Shown piece after piece: positions 14,038 through 27,810 of a DNA stretch of 64,000 nucleotides (position 1 is the stretch's first letter; each line of letters starts with the position of its first letter). The notes under the pieces are model-generated. The model was not told where the DNA came from and searched no databases. It was given only the letters and a program-made list of their open reading frames with translations. The translations under genes and the position numbers were made by a program. This DNA comes from Stegostoma tigrinum. Lineage: Eukaryota. The stretch spans positions 9,300,001-9,364,000 of the forward strand of contig NC_081397.1 in NCBI RefSeq assembly GCF_030684315.1, in the 5' to 3' direction.

Positions 14038-14225
14038 AGATAGTAGGAACTGCAGATGCTGGAGAATCTGAGATATCATGGTGTAGAGCTGGATGAACAC
14101 AGAAGGCCAAGCAGCATGAGAGGAGCTGGAAGACTGATGAAGGGTCGAGGACTGAAATGTCAGCCTTCCTGCTCCTCTGATGCTGCTTAGCATGCTGTGT
14201 CCATTGAGCTCTGCACCTTGTTATC
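14038..14225. mobile_element. Penelope-derived mini-element with a 13-bp TSD
   Basis: cctgaatgagtgg is present at 14025-14037 and 14226-14238. Contains ctgatgaagggtcgaggactgaaatgtc. Confidence 0.85.
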
Positions 14226-14481
14226 CCTGAATGAGTGGGTTGTCTTCTGAGGATATTTTGGACAGCATGGGGAATGCTCACGTGTTCAGAAGAGTGAGGT
14301 GTGACTTGCCTCATGTTTAATATCCTGAATGGGTTTTGACAAGGTGAATGTGGACATATTTTCTCCTCCGGCTAAGTCCAGAATGGGGGAAGACTGCTTT
14401 ATCATGAGAGGAGTTCTTTATACAAGATTAGTGTGACTTTGGAACCCTCTGCCTCAAAAGACAGTCGAGACTGGATCATTG

Positions 14482-14616
14482 TGTGGAGCTGGATGAACAC
14501 AGCAGGCCAAGCAGCATCTTAGGAGCACAAAAGCTGATGTTTCGGGCCTCGACCCTTCATCCAGCTCCACACTTTGTTACCTCGGATTCTCCAGCATCTG
14601 CAGTTCCCAGTATCTC
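14482..14616. mobile_element. Penelope-derived mini-element with a 16-bp TSD
   Basis: cgagactggatcattg is present at 14466-14481 and 14617-14632. Confidence 0.85.
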
Positions 14617-15000
14617 CGAGACTGGATCATTGAACATTTTTAAGGCAGAGGTGGGCAGATACTTGTTCAGCCAGGGAATCAAAACTTATTGGGTGTAGCT
14701 AGAGATTCAAAACATGATCTTATCGGTCATCATCGTATTGAATGATGGAGCAGGCGGGACGGCCCGATAGTTTATATGTTAGCCGTTGTGTTCATACATT
14801 TGACACGGAGCCAAATGCGATACCAGGACAGATGCATGACTTTGTATTTTTATGGGGAGACTCTCACTTCCATTAATTCTGTTCTAAATCAATTCCACAG
14901 GATATTGGAAGGAGAGGATTTACAGTCGGGGAAACTGCAACCGATCAGGATTTCAGTGTGGCCCAATTTGGTGTAACCTGAATCTCATTGGGTTTTGAAC

Positions 15001-15471
15001 ATGGAAGGAGAATACACTGTTGACAGCGGTCAGAAACTGTACATGTGTGATGTGTGTGCACGAGCATTCAGCCGATCATCTGACCTCTCGAAACATAAAC
15101 GGAGTCACAAGGAGAAACTGTGGAAATGTGGGGACTGTGGGAATGGATTCAGATCCTCGACTGAACTGGAAATTCATCGGCGCAGTCACACTGGGGAGAA
15201 ACCATTCTCCTGCTCTGAATGTGGCAAGGGATTCAGTCAGAAATCCCACCTGCAGAGACACCAGCGAGTTCACACTGGGGAGAGACCATTCTCCTGCTCT
15301 GAGTGTGGGCAGGGATTCACTAATTCCTCCAACCTGCTGATACACCAGCGAGTTCACACTGGGGAGAGGCCGTTCATCTGCTGTACGTGCGGCAAGGGAT
15401 TCACTTTGGCTTCCAGCCTCCAGACTCATCAACGAATTCACACTGGGGAGAGGCCATTCACCAGCTCCTAG
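15001..15471 (+). CDS. Tandem C2H2 (Kruppel-type) zinc-finger protein, about 5 fingers; stops early in finger 6 with degenerate fingers downstream, possibly a pseudogene
   Basis: Repeated CxxC-x12-HxxxH with HTGE(K/R)PF linkers. ATG at 15001. Acceptor aattccacag| at 14900. Decayed finger codons continue to ~15980. Confidence 0.8.
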   Translation: MEGEYTVDSGQKLYMCDVCARAFSRSSDLSKHKRSHKEKLWKCGDCGNGFRSSTELEIHRRSHTGEKPFSCSECGKGFSQKSHLQRHQRVHTGERPFSCSECGQGFTNSSNLLIHQRVHTGERPFICCTCGKGFTLASSLQTHQRIHTGERPFTSS

Positions 15472-15677
15472 TGTGGGAGGGGGATTTTTTGACACATCCA
15501 GCTTGATGACACGTGGGTGAATTCACACTGATGAGAGAGTGTTTACCTGTTCCCACTGTAGGACAGTGTTGAGTCAGTTCAGATAAATGACTGTACATCA
15601 GCAGATTGTCTGTGGAGAAGCTGAGTGAGGGATATTCACTGAATCTGCCACCTTGTGGACAGTTCACACTGGGGAGA

Positions 15678-15892
15678 TAATAAAATGTGAGGCTGGATGA
15701 ACACAGCAGGCCAAGCAGCATCTCAGGAGCACAAAAGCTGACGTTTCGGGCCTAGACCCTTCTCTCTGATGAAGGGTCTAGGCCCGAAACGTCAGCTTTT
15801 GTGCTCCTGAGATGCTGCTTGGCCTGCTGTGTTCATCCAGCCTCACATTTTATTATCTTGGAATCTCCAGCATCTGCAGTTCCCATTATCTC
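15678..15892 (+). mobile_element. Palindromic Penelope-derived mini-element with an intact minimal hammerhead motif and a 14-bp TSD
   Basis: Perfect 87-bp inverted arms at 15676-15762 and 15771-15857. TSD tcacactggggaga at 15664-15677 and 15893-15906. Confidence 0.9.
15764..15795 (+). ncRNA. Minimal type-I hammerhead ribozyme motif
   Basis: CUGAUGA (15766-15772), stem II GGGUCUAGGCCC, GAAAC, GUC (predicted cleavage after 15793). Stem III is the palindromic ACGU typical of Penelope-associated minimal hammerheads. Confidence 0.7.
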
Positions 15893-15989
15893 TCACACTG
15901 GGGAGAGGCTGTTCACTTTCTCTGTGTCAGGGAAGGGATTCATTGAGTTATGGAAACTGCTGAAATGTCAGTGAGATCCTGAGTAACTG

Positions 15990-16610
15990 CCGTGATGAAG
16001 GATGTATAATTTATATAAATTTCAGTTTGGAAGTTGGCTTTTATAATAGTGACACTGAATTTGGTTCATTTTCTGAAAGTTTTCTTTGAAAGAAAAAGTG
16101 TGAATCCTTGTGAAACAGTGACCTTCCTCCAGCACTGCTCAGAATGCAAGTGGCTGTGGAGCCCCATGTGGAGTGAATGGGAAATTGTTTAGACTCTTGT
16201 TGATTTGCAATGGATGAGCAAACATCAAAGGACATTATCTTGTTTTCAGTTCAGAGTAATCAAGGATTGATTTTTCTTTATAAACCCAGGGTTAGAAGGT
16301 ATTTTGTTTAGTTTGGAGATAGGACTAAGATCAGAATCAAGTTTAGTCTGTCTACTATAGAGAGCTCAGAATAATTCAGTGGAAACAAAAGAACAAAAAG
16401 TTACCTGAGTAGAACTTCTGAGGAGGGTTTGGTTTGAGCTGTGATGGTATTAGAAGCGGAAAATGTTTATTCTCTGAAATTTGAGAGTATTCCTGAAAGA
16501 AAATTCCATAGTTCACAGGATGTGTTTGGGCCAAACCAGTTCAGATATAATTTAGAGATTTAATATTTGATGTAATTTCTCTGGATTTAAACCTGTGTAA
16601 ATAAATACGG
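15990..16610 (+). mobile_element. Possible LTR-like remnant
   Basis: AT-rich block ending in AATAAA (~16601) before a CR1 insertion. No paired LTR or TSD found. Confidence 0.25.
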
Positions 16611-16611
16611 G

Positions 16612-17238
16612 CACACAGTTGCAGCAGGTAATCAGGAAGGCTTGTGGAACAATGGCACTTTAAATCTCCAATTTTCTTGAAATAAAGTTGGGATGTCTTC
16701 CTGCAACTGTCCAAGGTGCTGGTGAGACCACATCTCGAATGCTGGGAATAATTTTGGCCCCCTTATGGAAGGAAAGGTATTATTTCATTGGAGGTGGTTC
16801 AGAGAATGTTCTCCAGGATATTCCTTTGTATGGAGGGACTGTCATGTGAGCAAAGGCTAAACTTTGTGGGAGTCTACTCACTGGAGTTCAGAAGAATGAG
16901 AAGTGATGAAACGTATTAAATTAGGCTTGAAAGGGTAAATGTTGAGAGGATTTTTCACTTGCTGGAAGAATCTCTGTCCAAAGTGCATTGTCTCAGAATA
17001 TAGGGCCACCACCAATTTAAGACAGATGAGGAGGAATTTCTTCTGTGGAGCGTTGGGAGCCTGTGGAACTTGTTGCCACAGAACAGGGAGGCAAAGTCGG
17101 GCCTAGTCTAAAATGAAGGCTGATGTCGATTCTTGATGAAGAATTATGGGAAAATCACAGGAAAGCAGCCATGAAGAATGTTAGATCAGCCCTGATTCTG
17201 TACAATGGCAGAGCAGGCTCAAGGGACCAAATGGTGCT
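16612..17238 (+). mobile_element. CR1 LINE 3' fragment
   Basis: ctggtgagaccacatctcga..., gagttcagaagaatgagaagtga and the 3' agggaccaaatgg motif. Confidence 0.8.
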
Positions 17239-18834
17239 GTTGAGAAATATTGTTATTGTTGAGGAACATTGTTTTTCTCTCTGTTTTTGTCTTGCGTAAT
17301 TACAATTTGTCTTTTTTGATTTTGCTGAAGAATCTCTGCAGCGTCACATGACTGACCACCATGTCAACCAAAATAAAAGAGTATCTCACTTGGAGATAGT
17401 CAGACACACAATTAAACTGTCACCCAATGTACCAGAAGATGTGGAAATAAAGTGTCATCCGGTATAAAATAATAAATGAAATTCAATTCCACCTGATACT
17501 CTAGTTGTTCAATAATTTACCCCATATTTACTCACAGGAGCAAAGACTGTCAGAAGCAGAGTGAAAGTCTCGCTTGCGTACCAGACTAAAGGTGGATATT
17601 TACAGAAGAAATCCCTCCTCTCCCAGAGAGCAACTTTCAAAGTGAATGAAGCTCAAACAGCCCTCCAACTCCATTTTAATTTAATCCCTACTTCCTGTCA
17701 CGTTTTTCATGTTGTTATTGCCCTGGTCACATCATGTTTTTGCTGGTGTGAAAAGTCCAGCAGCTGTTTTGGTGTATCTCGGTTCAATTTGAAAGCCTCT
17801 CACTGACAGTAGAAAGCCTCATTTACAGCATTCTACCACCAGGCAGAACCCCTGCAGAGAGTTACAAAATTAATTTTAAAAAGAGAAACATATAAAATCT
17901 ATTTGCAGAACTTGGAGGGAAACAATTTTCTTTTACTTGCTGACAAGGGATGGGACACTTGTTTGCTGGGTGTGAAACTCAGGGTTCGTATTCCACCAGG
18001 GTTTGAATCTCCTGCACTAATGGAGTATTAAAAAGGAACTTAAACACACAGAAGTAGCTGAAAAATGACACTCTGGTGTGTAATTTGCCCTTTCTCTGGA
18101 GATGCAGGGAAAATGGGATGCATGTGAATGCATCTGAGAATAAGGTGTGCATCGGGTCAGTGATCACTTGTTAATTTATGCAACATTTGTAAAATACACA
18201 ATGCATATTCCCAGAATAACAATGGTTTAACTGACCTAACCTGGATATGCTTCAAGTATTTATTCAGACAAAGCTTTCCGTGATATAATCTCCCCTATTT
18301 AAATGTAACTCTATTCCAGTTGTTGTCAGAATTATGATGGGAGAGCTGAAATGGCCATGTGAGGGACAAATGTATTGATGGTGCAGGGATAAAGTCAGTT
18401 TTTGTTTTGAATATCTGACTGTGCACAGGATCCCAGATCATAGCATGAGTTTTGAGATTGCTAAAACTGCTATGGTGTAAACAAGGAAAAGAAACGGAGC
18501 CAACTTCAGAAGGATGCAGGGATTCTGATAAAATGGACAACAAACCAATGGGTGGGATGTGAAATGGGTGCAGGGGCAGTGAAAGTTCTGGCTTAATTTA
18601 CGTTAAACTGAATCTTACGTATGTGAAAAATAAGGCTGGAGTTCTGTCTTTTCAGGGAAGGCATGTTAAGAACTGTTTTATTCATTCTTGCATTTTAGCA
18701 AATGTTAGTTTGTTTGGCACAAAAATAGGGGGAGTTGTATGATGGAGAATGCTGTTCCCATAACTTGCTTCTGTGCTTCACACGAATATACAGAAAAGCT
18801 TACATGTCAGATCAGCCACTGCATTTACTTGTTT

Positions 18835-19670
18835 GTCATAGTCATAGCATTTTACAGCTTGGAAACAGGCCCTTTGGTCAACATGGACGAGTTGGTCCAG
18901 ACCACCTAATTTAATCTAGTCCCATTTACCAGAATTTGACCTTTATTCCTCTAAACCCTTCCTTATTCATATACACTTTCAGATGCTTTTGAAATACAGT
19001 AATTGTACCGGCCTCCACAACCTCCTCTGGCAGCTCATTCCAGGCATGCACGATCCCCTGAAAAAGGTTGCATCTTGGTCACTTATTAACCACCTCACAC
19101 CTTAAAACTGTACCCCCACCAGCCCCAGTTTTTGGATTTTGCCACCCGAGGGAAAAGACCTTGATACTCACCATATCCATCTCCCTCATGATTTTCTAAA
19201 CCTCTAGAGAAGGTCACTTCAGCTGCCGAGGTTCCAGGGTTGAACGAAACAATAGCCCCAACCTATTCAACCTCTCCGGACAGCTCAAATCCTCAACCCT
19301 GGCAACATCCTTGTCAATCTTTTCTGAGCCATTTCTCGTTTCACAACATCCTTTGTGTAGCAGGGAGACCAGAATTACACACAGTATTGCAAGAGTGGCC
19401 AAACAGATGTCCTGTCCAGATGCAACATGACCTCCCAACTCCCATACTCCATGCACTGACCAATACAGACAGGCATACCAAATACCTTCTTCACTATCCC
19501 ATCTACTTACAACTCCACTTTCAAGGAACTATTAATCTGCACTACAACGCCTCTTTGTTCAGGAACATTCCCCATCATGGTGTGCAAGTTCTGACCTGAT
19601 TTGGCTTTCTGAAAAAAAAGCACCTCACAATTATTTGATGAAAACTCCATCTGCCACTCATTTGAGTTCA
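18835..19670 (-). mobile_element. CR1 LINE 3' fragment
   Basis: Minus ORFs contain EWQMEFSSNNCEVL and ERLNRLGL. Confidence 0.8.
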
Positions 19671-20199
19671 TTCCACAAATTAACAGTTTCTCCAATTCCA
19701 TACTAAATTGTTACGACTTTCAAATCTCAATTGTCTAAATATAAAAATAAAAGAGAATTGCAAATGAAATAAAGCTCTTGGGTGGATTCATTCACTCCCA
19801 TCTCACCGTTGGGTGCAGGTCTCACATTGACTATTTCCTCGTGATTGTATGTGATATGATACAGTGCCCCCTAGGGAGCATTTCAAACAGTGTAGCATTA
19901 AATTGCAAAAGGATATCGAAGCCTGTCATTCACACTCATATTTAGTATCCTATATATAAACCACGGCAATCCACTCGATTAAATTCTACCCATAAGCATT
20001 GGTATCAGTCATCCTAGAATGGAATCGCCAGAACCATCGATTAGATGCTCGTTTGTTTTAAATACTCGTTTCAGCTTATTCATCAAAAAAACCAATGTTG
20101 AAATAAAACAAATTGAACAATCTCAAATCTTTAAAAATCAAACATTCAACACAAAATACAGCAGTCAACAACTGCTTAAGTGGTAAACGGGCAGCCTCC

Positions 20200-20290
20200 A
20201 TTCCCCCTTCAGAGCCACCACAACCTTACATTGAGAACGGAGACCCGAGAAGAGGAAAAACAGCACAGGCGGACGGGCTACCGTACCACA
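20200..20290 (+). pseudogene. Orphan histone 3'-end remnant (half stem-loop plus downstream element)
   Basis: ttcagagccaccacaacc..ttgagaacggagacccgag..cagcaca parallels the H4 3' flank at 21709-21770. Confidence 0.6.
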
Positions 20291-20589
20291 GATAGTTTTA
20301 TCTGGTCGAATGCATCATGTCAAGGGATACTGAATTGTTTTACGGCTTCCAGGGTTATTATTTCCCGATTTCTAAACTTGTTGCTATTCCTCTAACAGTG
20401 TCAGATCTTTCCAATACAATTACAGGAAACTACCTCATGGATACATTCCGTCCGGGCGGATTATAGCTCAATAACACTAACAATAATGGCAGGGTGAGTA
20501 TTGTGTTACCAGTCTCCCAGTAATACAGAGGACATTAAAATTAACTCGGTTGTGGTGAGGGTCCAGTTTCTTTCACTGATGTTGTGGGT

Positions 20590-20605
20590 GGCTCTGAAAA
20601 GAGCC
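20590..20605 (-). terminator. Histone 3' stem-loop
   Basis: GGCTCTTTTCAGAGCC followed by ACCCA on the minus strand. Confidence 0.95.
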
Positions 20606-20635
20606 TTTGGGTTGTCAGGTTACAGAACGGCCCCT

Positions 20636-20935
<300 letters not shown>

Positions 20936-20991
20936 TCAAGCAAACCAGTAATAGAGACAATGGCTCAGCTTCTTTCAATGAAGTTGTGGGT

Positions 20992-21083
20992 GGCTCTTAG
21001 AAGAGCCTTTGGGTTTTGGATGTGTTTTTCTCAGCAGAATGTGGTGTCTCACTTGGAGCTGGTGTTCTTGCTCACCGCCTTTT
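20992..21083 (-). pseudogene. H2B: Histone H2B 3' remnant (last ~11 codons, 3'UTR and stem-loop)
   Basis: 21049-21083 reads KAVSKNTSSK*, compared with [10 protein letters not shown]. Stem-loop GGCTCTTCTAAGAGCC at 20992-21007. Confidence 0.85.
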
Positions 21084-21149
21084 TACTATCTTTCATCGTG
21101 AAACTTGATTCTGCAGGTTTTCTGCCGGGCCTTGTGTTCACTGCCCTTG

Positions 21150-21671
<522 letters not shown>

Positions 21672-21701
21672 ACAACTCGTCCCTTTTCCAGCGAACCCAA
21701 A

Positions 21702-21717
21702 GGCTCTTTTCAGAGCC
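21702..21717 (+). terminator. Histone 3' stem-loop
   Basis: CCAAA-GGCTCTTTTCAGAGCC-ACCCA followed by a purine-rich downstream element. Confidence 0.97.
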
Positions 21718-23305
21718 ACCCAAACCCTCCGATTGAGAGCGGAGACCCGAGGATGGGAAAAGGCAGCACATAGGGAGTGGACAGTGTACTGCAGCTGGTT
21801 ATTTCATTTCGAGATATTTGATTTTGGATCACTCTTTAAAGACAATACATAAAGTTCACGCTCAGCGTTACAGGAGTGAAAACAGGTAGAGCGGAGCATT
21901 CACTTTGTTGCTGTCTCCTATAACGAATGTTTTACATTTAAAATATCCCTTCAGTGCAGATAGAGGCTTTTCAGCCGTTCGAGAATACACTGATATTGCT
22001 GCTGATTATATCACATTGCGACTAAGATACAGAAGTCGGCTCTGTCATTCGATCATGGCTGATTGGTTTCTCAACCCTGATGTGCCTTCTCCCCTTGACC
22101 TTAGACCCTTTTTCTTACGAACACCTCTCTGTCTCGGTAACAATACCAGTATGTGTAGTTAGTTGTTAACACCATGAATAATAATGTGTTCTTCCATGAG
22201 TTTTGGGACCCAGAGGCGAATGATACATTTCACAGTATTTGTACTTCATTGACCCTTCCAGGAATGATTTGTTGTTCAGTTTTCACTCTCACAGCCGTGC
22301 CGCTGTTTTCGTGCCGTATTCTTTCTATCTGCCTGTTACAGACAGGTCTGGCAGCAATTGCAAATTGTGTGCGGGCTAATTATGGTCTGGGTGTAATTTA
22401 AAAAAAGTACCGATAAAGTGACATTTTGTATTTTTACCGTCGCATACTGTGCTAGCTTTTAAGATGTTTAAATCGGCATGTTGTTTAGATTAACCACGGT
22501 TTCACGTTCGGTTGATCAGTTTCGCTGGACTGCATCAAACCCCGCGCTTTGCTCCTGCCTGTTTCAGGCAATGATCCAAAGTGCTGGCCGCGCAGACTGC
22601 AATCTCTGTTACAAAGAAAATTCTATAACGTATTCGGCACAATACAAGTTGCAGACGAATGGTGTTTTACGTTTTAATATTTATTCACTCTCAGGGTGAA
22701 ATCAGCGGATTATTTCAAATCGGTTAACTGCAAATGAGTTTGTCAATCAGCCTTCAACAATTATTGCTTTTAAATTTGAAAAGCCCGCCAAAACATACAA
22801 AGGATTTAAAAGTTTAGGTCACACAATCTCCCTTTTGGCCCGGTCCCCGCTCGTGTTTGTCGGTTGATCCCCTTGGTCGGTACAGAATCGATTTGCCATT
22901 TTTCTCCTGTGCAGGTACTCAACGGTGTTGTTCCCTGACGGAACAATGGGGACAGCATTTTGATTATTTAATGCCGCAGTCCCTTACAGCTAAAACTCCA
23001 CGTTTACTATTCCAGGGCGACAGCTGTTCTTGTTTTATCTTGACCAGATAAGGCCCTCAGTGACGGTGAGCGGACCCTAAACGTGAACTGTTTTCACTTG
23101 CACAAATTTTGCCAGACTGGTGAAGCTTTTCCAGAGATTGAACCAATATAAAAATCTGAGAAAAAAATATTTTTTAAGAAATCTAAAATAAAAAAGGAAA
23201 GTTTAATTATCGCAATTTCATTTACACAGTCCCCAGACTTCACAGAAAAGGAAAAATAACCAACCAGCAGTGACAGTCTAACTGCTTTTCATTGATGTTG
23301 TGGGT

Positions 23306-23321
23306 GGCTCTTAAAAGAGCC
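23306..23321 (-). terminator. Histone 3' stem-loop
   Basis: GGCTCTTTTAAGAGCC on the minus strand. Confidence 0.96.
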
Positions 23322-23351
23322 TTTGGGTTGTCAGGTTACAGAACGGTCTCT

Positions 23352-23995
<644 letters not shown>

Positions 23996-24790
23996 GGAAG
24001 AAGTTTTACGAAGAAGAATGCGTTCATATTCCAGATAATTTACTTTTAGAATACAACTGTATATTTCATACAATCTCTCTCTGATTCCCAGGCCTAAGTG
24101 AATCGATGTGATTATGATTTTGCTTTTTACCCTGATCCTTAAGAATAAACAGATGGCAGAAAAAGAGCCCGGCGTAAGTTACTCTCTGAACAGATTCATT
24201 TTATTTCACATCAGCACCCGGATACATTGATAAAAGCATCGCACTGCTATTTCTTTCCCGTTGAGCGCATTACCGTTTTAAACAATATTGACAATCGCGC
24301 TCCCTATTGCACGGGATCAACAATATTTCTACTTTTGCGATGCCAGTCCGCCAGCTGTTCTGCTTTCATCTCGGTTCACTTTGAAATTTTCCCACCGACA
24401 GCAGAAAGCCTCATTTATGAGCTTTCTGCAAAACCGCGGGGAGATTTGAAAATAAAACAAAATTCCTCTGCGTGGAAACCGGAGGGAAATGCCGGCGCCA
24501 AATCATCAACCGCTTTCTTTCAAACTCGAAAAGCCCGCCAATATGTACAAAACAGTAAGAAGTCAAACAAAGAAAAATGCAAAAGTATTTGAAGTAATTT
24601 ACTTTTAGATTACACCGACATGCTTCACTCAATCTCAGTCATTCCCTAGCCTCCATACATCTGTATTTATGTTCTTGAAAGGATTGTTTGCTCGAACTTT
24701 ACGAATAAACGGAAGCAAAAAACAAACCTGCCAAAATCCGTTCCCTGCATAGATACTATTTCACATCAGCACCCGGTGATATTGATAAAA

Positions 24791-25018
24791 GATAATAAAA
24801 TGTGAGGCTGGATGAACACAGCAGGCCCAGCAGCATCTCAGGAGCACAAAAGCTGACGTTACGGGCCTAGACCCTTCATCAGAGAGCTCTCTGCTGAAGG
24901 GACTCGGCCCGAAACGTCAGCTTTTGTGCTCCTGAGATGCTGCTGGGCCTGCTGTGTTCATCCAGTTTCACATTTTATTATCTTGGATTCTCCAGCATCT
25001 GCAGTTCCCATTATCACG
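24791..25018. mobile_element. Palindromic Penelope-derived mini-element with a 13-bp TSD
   Basis: gatattgataaaa is present at 24778-24790 and 25019-25031. Central palindrome agagagctctct. Confidence 0.88.
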
Positions 25019-26058
25019 GATATTGATAAAATACTCCTTTTTTCAGGTGAGCGTATTAATGCTTTGGACAATATTTTTAAAATCGCCTTTCCTATTGCAC
25101 TCGACTGGACTTCTACAATAGTTCCACATTGCCGATGCGAGTCCGGGAGCTATTCTAGTTTCGTTAAGAATCACTTTGAAATTCTCCCATCGACAGCAGA
25201 AAGCACCACATACTGCATTTTGAAAAAAACAAAAATCACAAATCCCGCTGAGATTTGGAATTGAATTGCAATTAAATTGCAGGGGGATTTCAGGGTTCAG
25301 AACCCACTGCGATTAGTTTGAAAAATGCTCAAACCCACAAAAGAGGAAAAGGAGTGAATAATTTAATCCTGTATAAGCTCACTCACACTGACATTGCAAA
25401 TGAATACTTTACACAATTTTTCTGTATTGCATTCTCTCTTCTACTCGAATCTGTCCATTTCTGCACTTGAATAGAATTTTCTGAATTTAGCAACAAGCGG
25501 AAATAGCAAAAAAAAAAGCACCGCATTCTGCGCATATTTTTATTTCACTTTTCAAGTGCACACCGAATATTGATTAAACCTCGCACAATGTCCTTTTGGG
25601 TGAACGCGTTCACACTTTAAACAACAGCTTGAAGTTGCCCTCCCCTGTTGTCCTTGACCAGTCGTCAGGCACAATTTCACACTTGCTATCGCAATTCGGC
25701 AGCTGCTCTGGCTTTATCTCGGTTCATTGTAAAATTAACAGAACAGCAAGTAGATTGTAAAATCTATTCATGGGATTCGATGTTAACTTTGTTTCCCGGG
25801 GTCATCAAGTGTGAAAGAGGAACTTGGAAAAAAAAAGGAAGTTGTTGACAAATGATTCATTGGCGATAATTATGCTCTTTGCAGATACAGGGAAACGAGA
25901 CAGGGTACGGCTGCAACCTAAAATAAAGGGCAGATGAGGGACGACACATCGAGTTCTAAAACAATTACGTTATTTTTAAAAAGCCGACTGACATTACTAA
26001 TACATACCGAAAATCATTTGCAAAAAGTTGGTTCAGCTGTTTCAGCGAAGTTGTGGGT

Positions 26059-26074
26059 GGCTCTGAAAAGAGCC
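26059..26074 (-). terminator. Histone 3' stem-loop
   Basis: GGCTCTTTTCAGAGCC on the minus strand. Confidence 0.96.
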
Positions 26075-26114
26075 GTTGGGTTTTGGATGTGTTTTTTCAG
26101 CACAATGTGGTGTC

Positions 26115-26495
26115 TCACTTGGAGCTGGTGTACTTGGTCACCGCCTTTGTACCCTCCGACACGGCGTGCTTGGCCAACTCCCCGGGCAGCAGCAGCCGCA
26201 CCGCTGTCTGGATCTCCCGGGAACTGATGGTGCTGCGCTTGTTGTAATGGGCCAGGCGGGAAGCCTCCCCCGCGATACGCTCGAAAATATCGTTGACGAA
26301 CGAGTTCATGATACTCATGGCCCTGGAAGAGATGCCGGTGTCGGGGTGAACCTGCTTCATCACTTTGTAGATATAGATGGCGTAACTTTCTTTCCTGGAC
26401 TTTCTCCTCTTCTTACCGCCTTTCGCTGGCGCCTTCTTGATGATTTTCTTGGCGCCCTTCTTGGAAGTTGCCTGCGCTTTCTTCTCATCCACCAT
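26115..26495 (-). CDS. H2B: Histone H2B (126 aa)
   Basis: MVDEKKAQ...[24 protein letters not shown]...[13 protein letters not shown] at 26495. Confidence 0.98.
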   Translation of the reverse strand: MVDEKKAQATSKKGAKKIIKKAPAKGGKKRRKSRKESYAIYIYKVMKQVHPDTGISSRAMSIMNSFVNDIFERIAGEASRLAHYNKRSTISSREIQTAVRLLLPGELAKHAVSEGTKAVTKYTSSK

Positions 26496-26544
26496 CGTCA
26501 CGGTTACTTTCAGACACAGAATAAGCGAAAACGGCCTCGGAGCT

Positions 26545-26665
26545 CGCTTTTTATAGCCTTACCGCGTCAGCAATGCTAATGAGGGATGGGGGAAAGTCTT
26601 GTTCATGATTGGACAGTTAAAAAGAATGTCAAACATGACATCAGCCTCGCTGTGATTGGTTAGTT
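26545..26665 (-). promoter_or_regulatory. H2B promoter (TATA, CRE-like TGACG, octamer variant, CCAAT)
   Basis: The minus strand reads CTCATTAGCATTGCTGACGCGGTAAGGCTATAAAAAG. CCAAT at ~26608 and ~26655. Confidence 0.8.
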
Positions 26666-27049
26666 TATGGAGACAATGCGGATCTATCAGGATCTTCAAT
26701 GAAATGCGAGACACAAACCAAATTCTGTACACGGAACAAACTCCGAGCTCACTCGCAAATCAACCGGTTATTGTCAGTTAATGATATCTTGAACACAGTA
26801 TCTGAGTGATTTTAATTGTGGCAGTGTGTTTTGTTCTACTCAAAGTAATCTTTCTGTGTAATATTATTTTGTTTCATCTCTCTCTGAGTTCCGCAGGACA
26901 CTTGTGTCATTGAGAGATTCAGGTTTATTGAGGGATAGTTTTGTCCAATGTCTGTCAGTCTTTCCTATGTGAAAATGCGAGTGCAGTTATCTATCCGTCC
27001 CTGTCTGTTTATGCAGTGTGAGTGATTATCACTCTCACAATCTGTTCCT

Positions 27050-27810
27050 GTCATACAGTCATAGAAACGGACAGCACTCTTGTGTCCACATCGACCATAA
27101 TAATCAGATATCGTAAATTAATCTAGTCCCATTTACCAGCATTTGGCCGATATCACTCTGAACCATTCCTCATCCTGCGCCCATCCAGAAGCCATTTAAA
27201 TGTTGTAATTGTCGTATCCTCCACCACGTCCTTTGGCAGTTCAATCCAGTTATGCACCACTCGCTGCGAGCTAATGTTGCCCACCTTAGGTTGCTCTTCA
27301 ACATTTCACCTCTCCACTTAAGCCCATGCCCTCGAGTTATGGATTCCTCTACTCTGGGCAAAAGAACTTGATTATTCACCCTATCCATGCTGCTCATAAT
27401 TTTATAATCCTCTGGAAGGTCACCACTCGGCCTCCCACACTCCATAGAAAACAAGCCCTGTCTCTACCGTCTTTCACCAAAGTCTCTGACCGTGGCAACA
27501 ATCTTTTAAACATTTTCTGAACCCTTTCAAGTTTAAAAACCCCTTGCCATTTTAAGGGGACAATGGACCCGAATGCATTTTCTCAGAAGAAACTGAACCA
27601 ATGTTCTGCACAGTCACAACATGACCTTCCAAACCACACATTCAATGCACGGATCAATAAAGGCAAGTGTATCAAACACCATCTTTACTGACCTGTCTAT
27701 CTGTAATTCCATTGCAAGGAGCTATGAACCTGCACACGAAGACCATTTGGGTTGGCTTCCCTGGAGCTTATCTGGAGTCTGCCAGTCCTGCCCTGATTTT
27801 CCCTTACAAA
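27050..27810 (-). mobile_element. CR1 LINE 3' fragment
   Basis: Minus ORF 27170..27454 (GDLPEDYKIM..TRGHGLK). Confidence 0.8.

Larger units (their letters stand above)
13280..14765 (+). mobile_element. Degenerate CR1 LINE fragment carrying two mini-element insertions
   Basis: RT-to-3' CR1 sequence interrupted at 14038-14225 and 14482-14616. Confidence 0.7.

Noticed and set aside
15676-15857. MITE/DNA transposon or pre-miRNA interpretation of the palindromes
   Set aside because: TSD lengths vary, the inverted repeats are not terminal (an extra ~35-nt tail on one side), single-arm copies also have TSDs, and one copy is attached to a PLE coding tail.
17240-18830. Possible Gypsy/ERV internal remnant
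   Set aside because: No translatable motif could be recognised with confidence.
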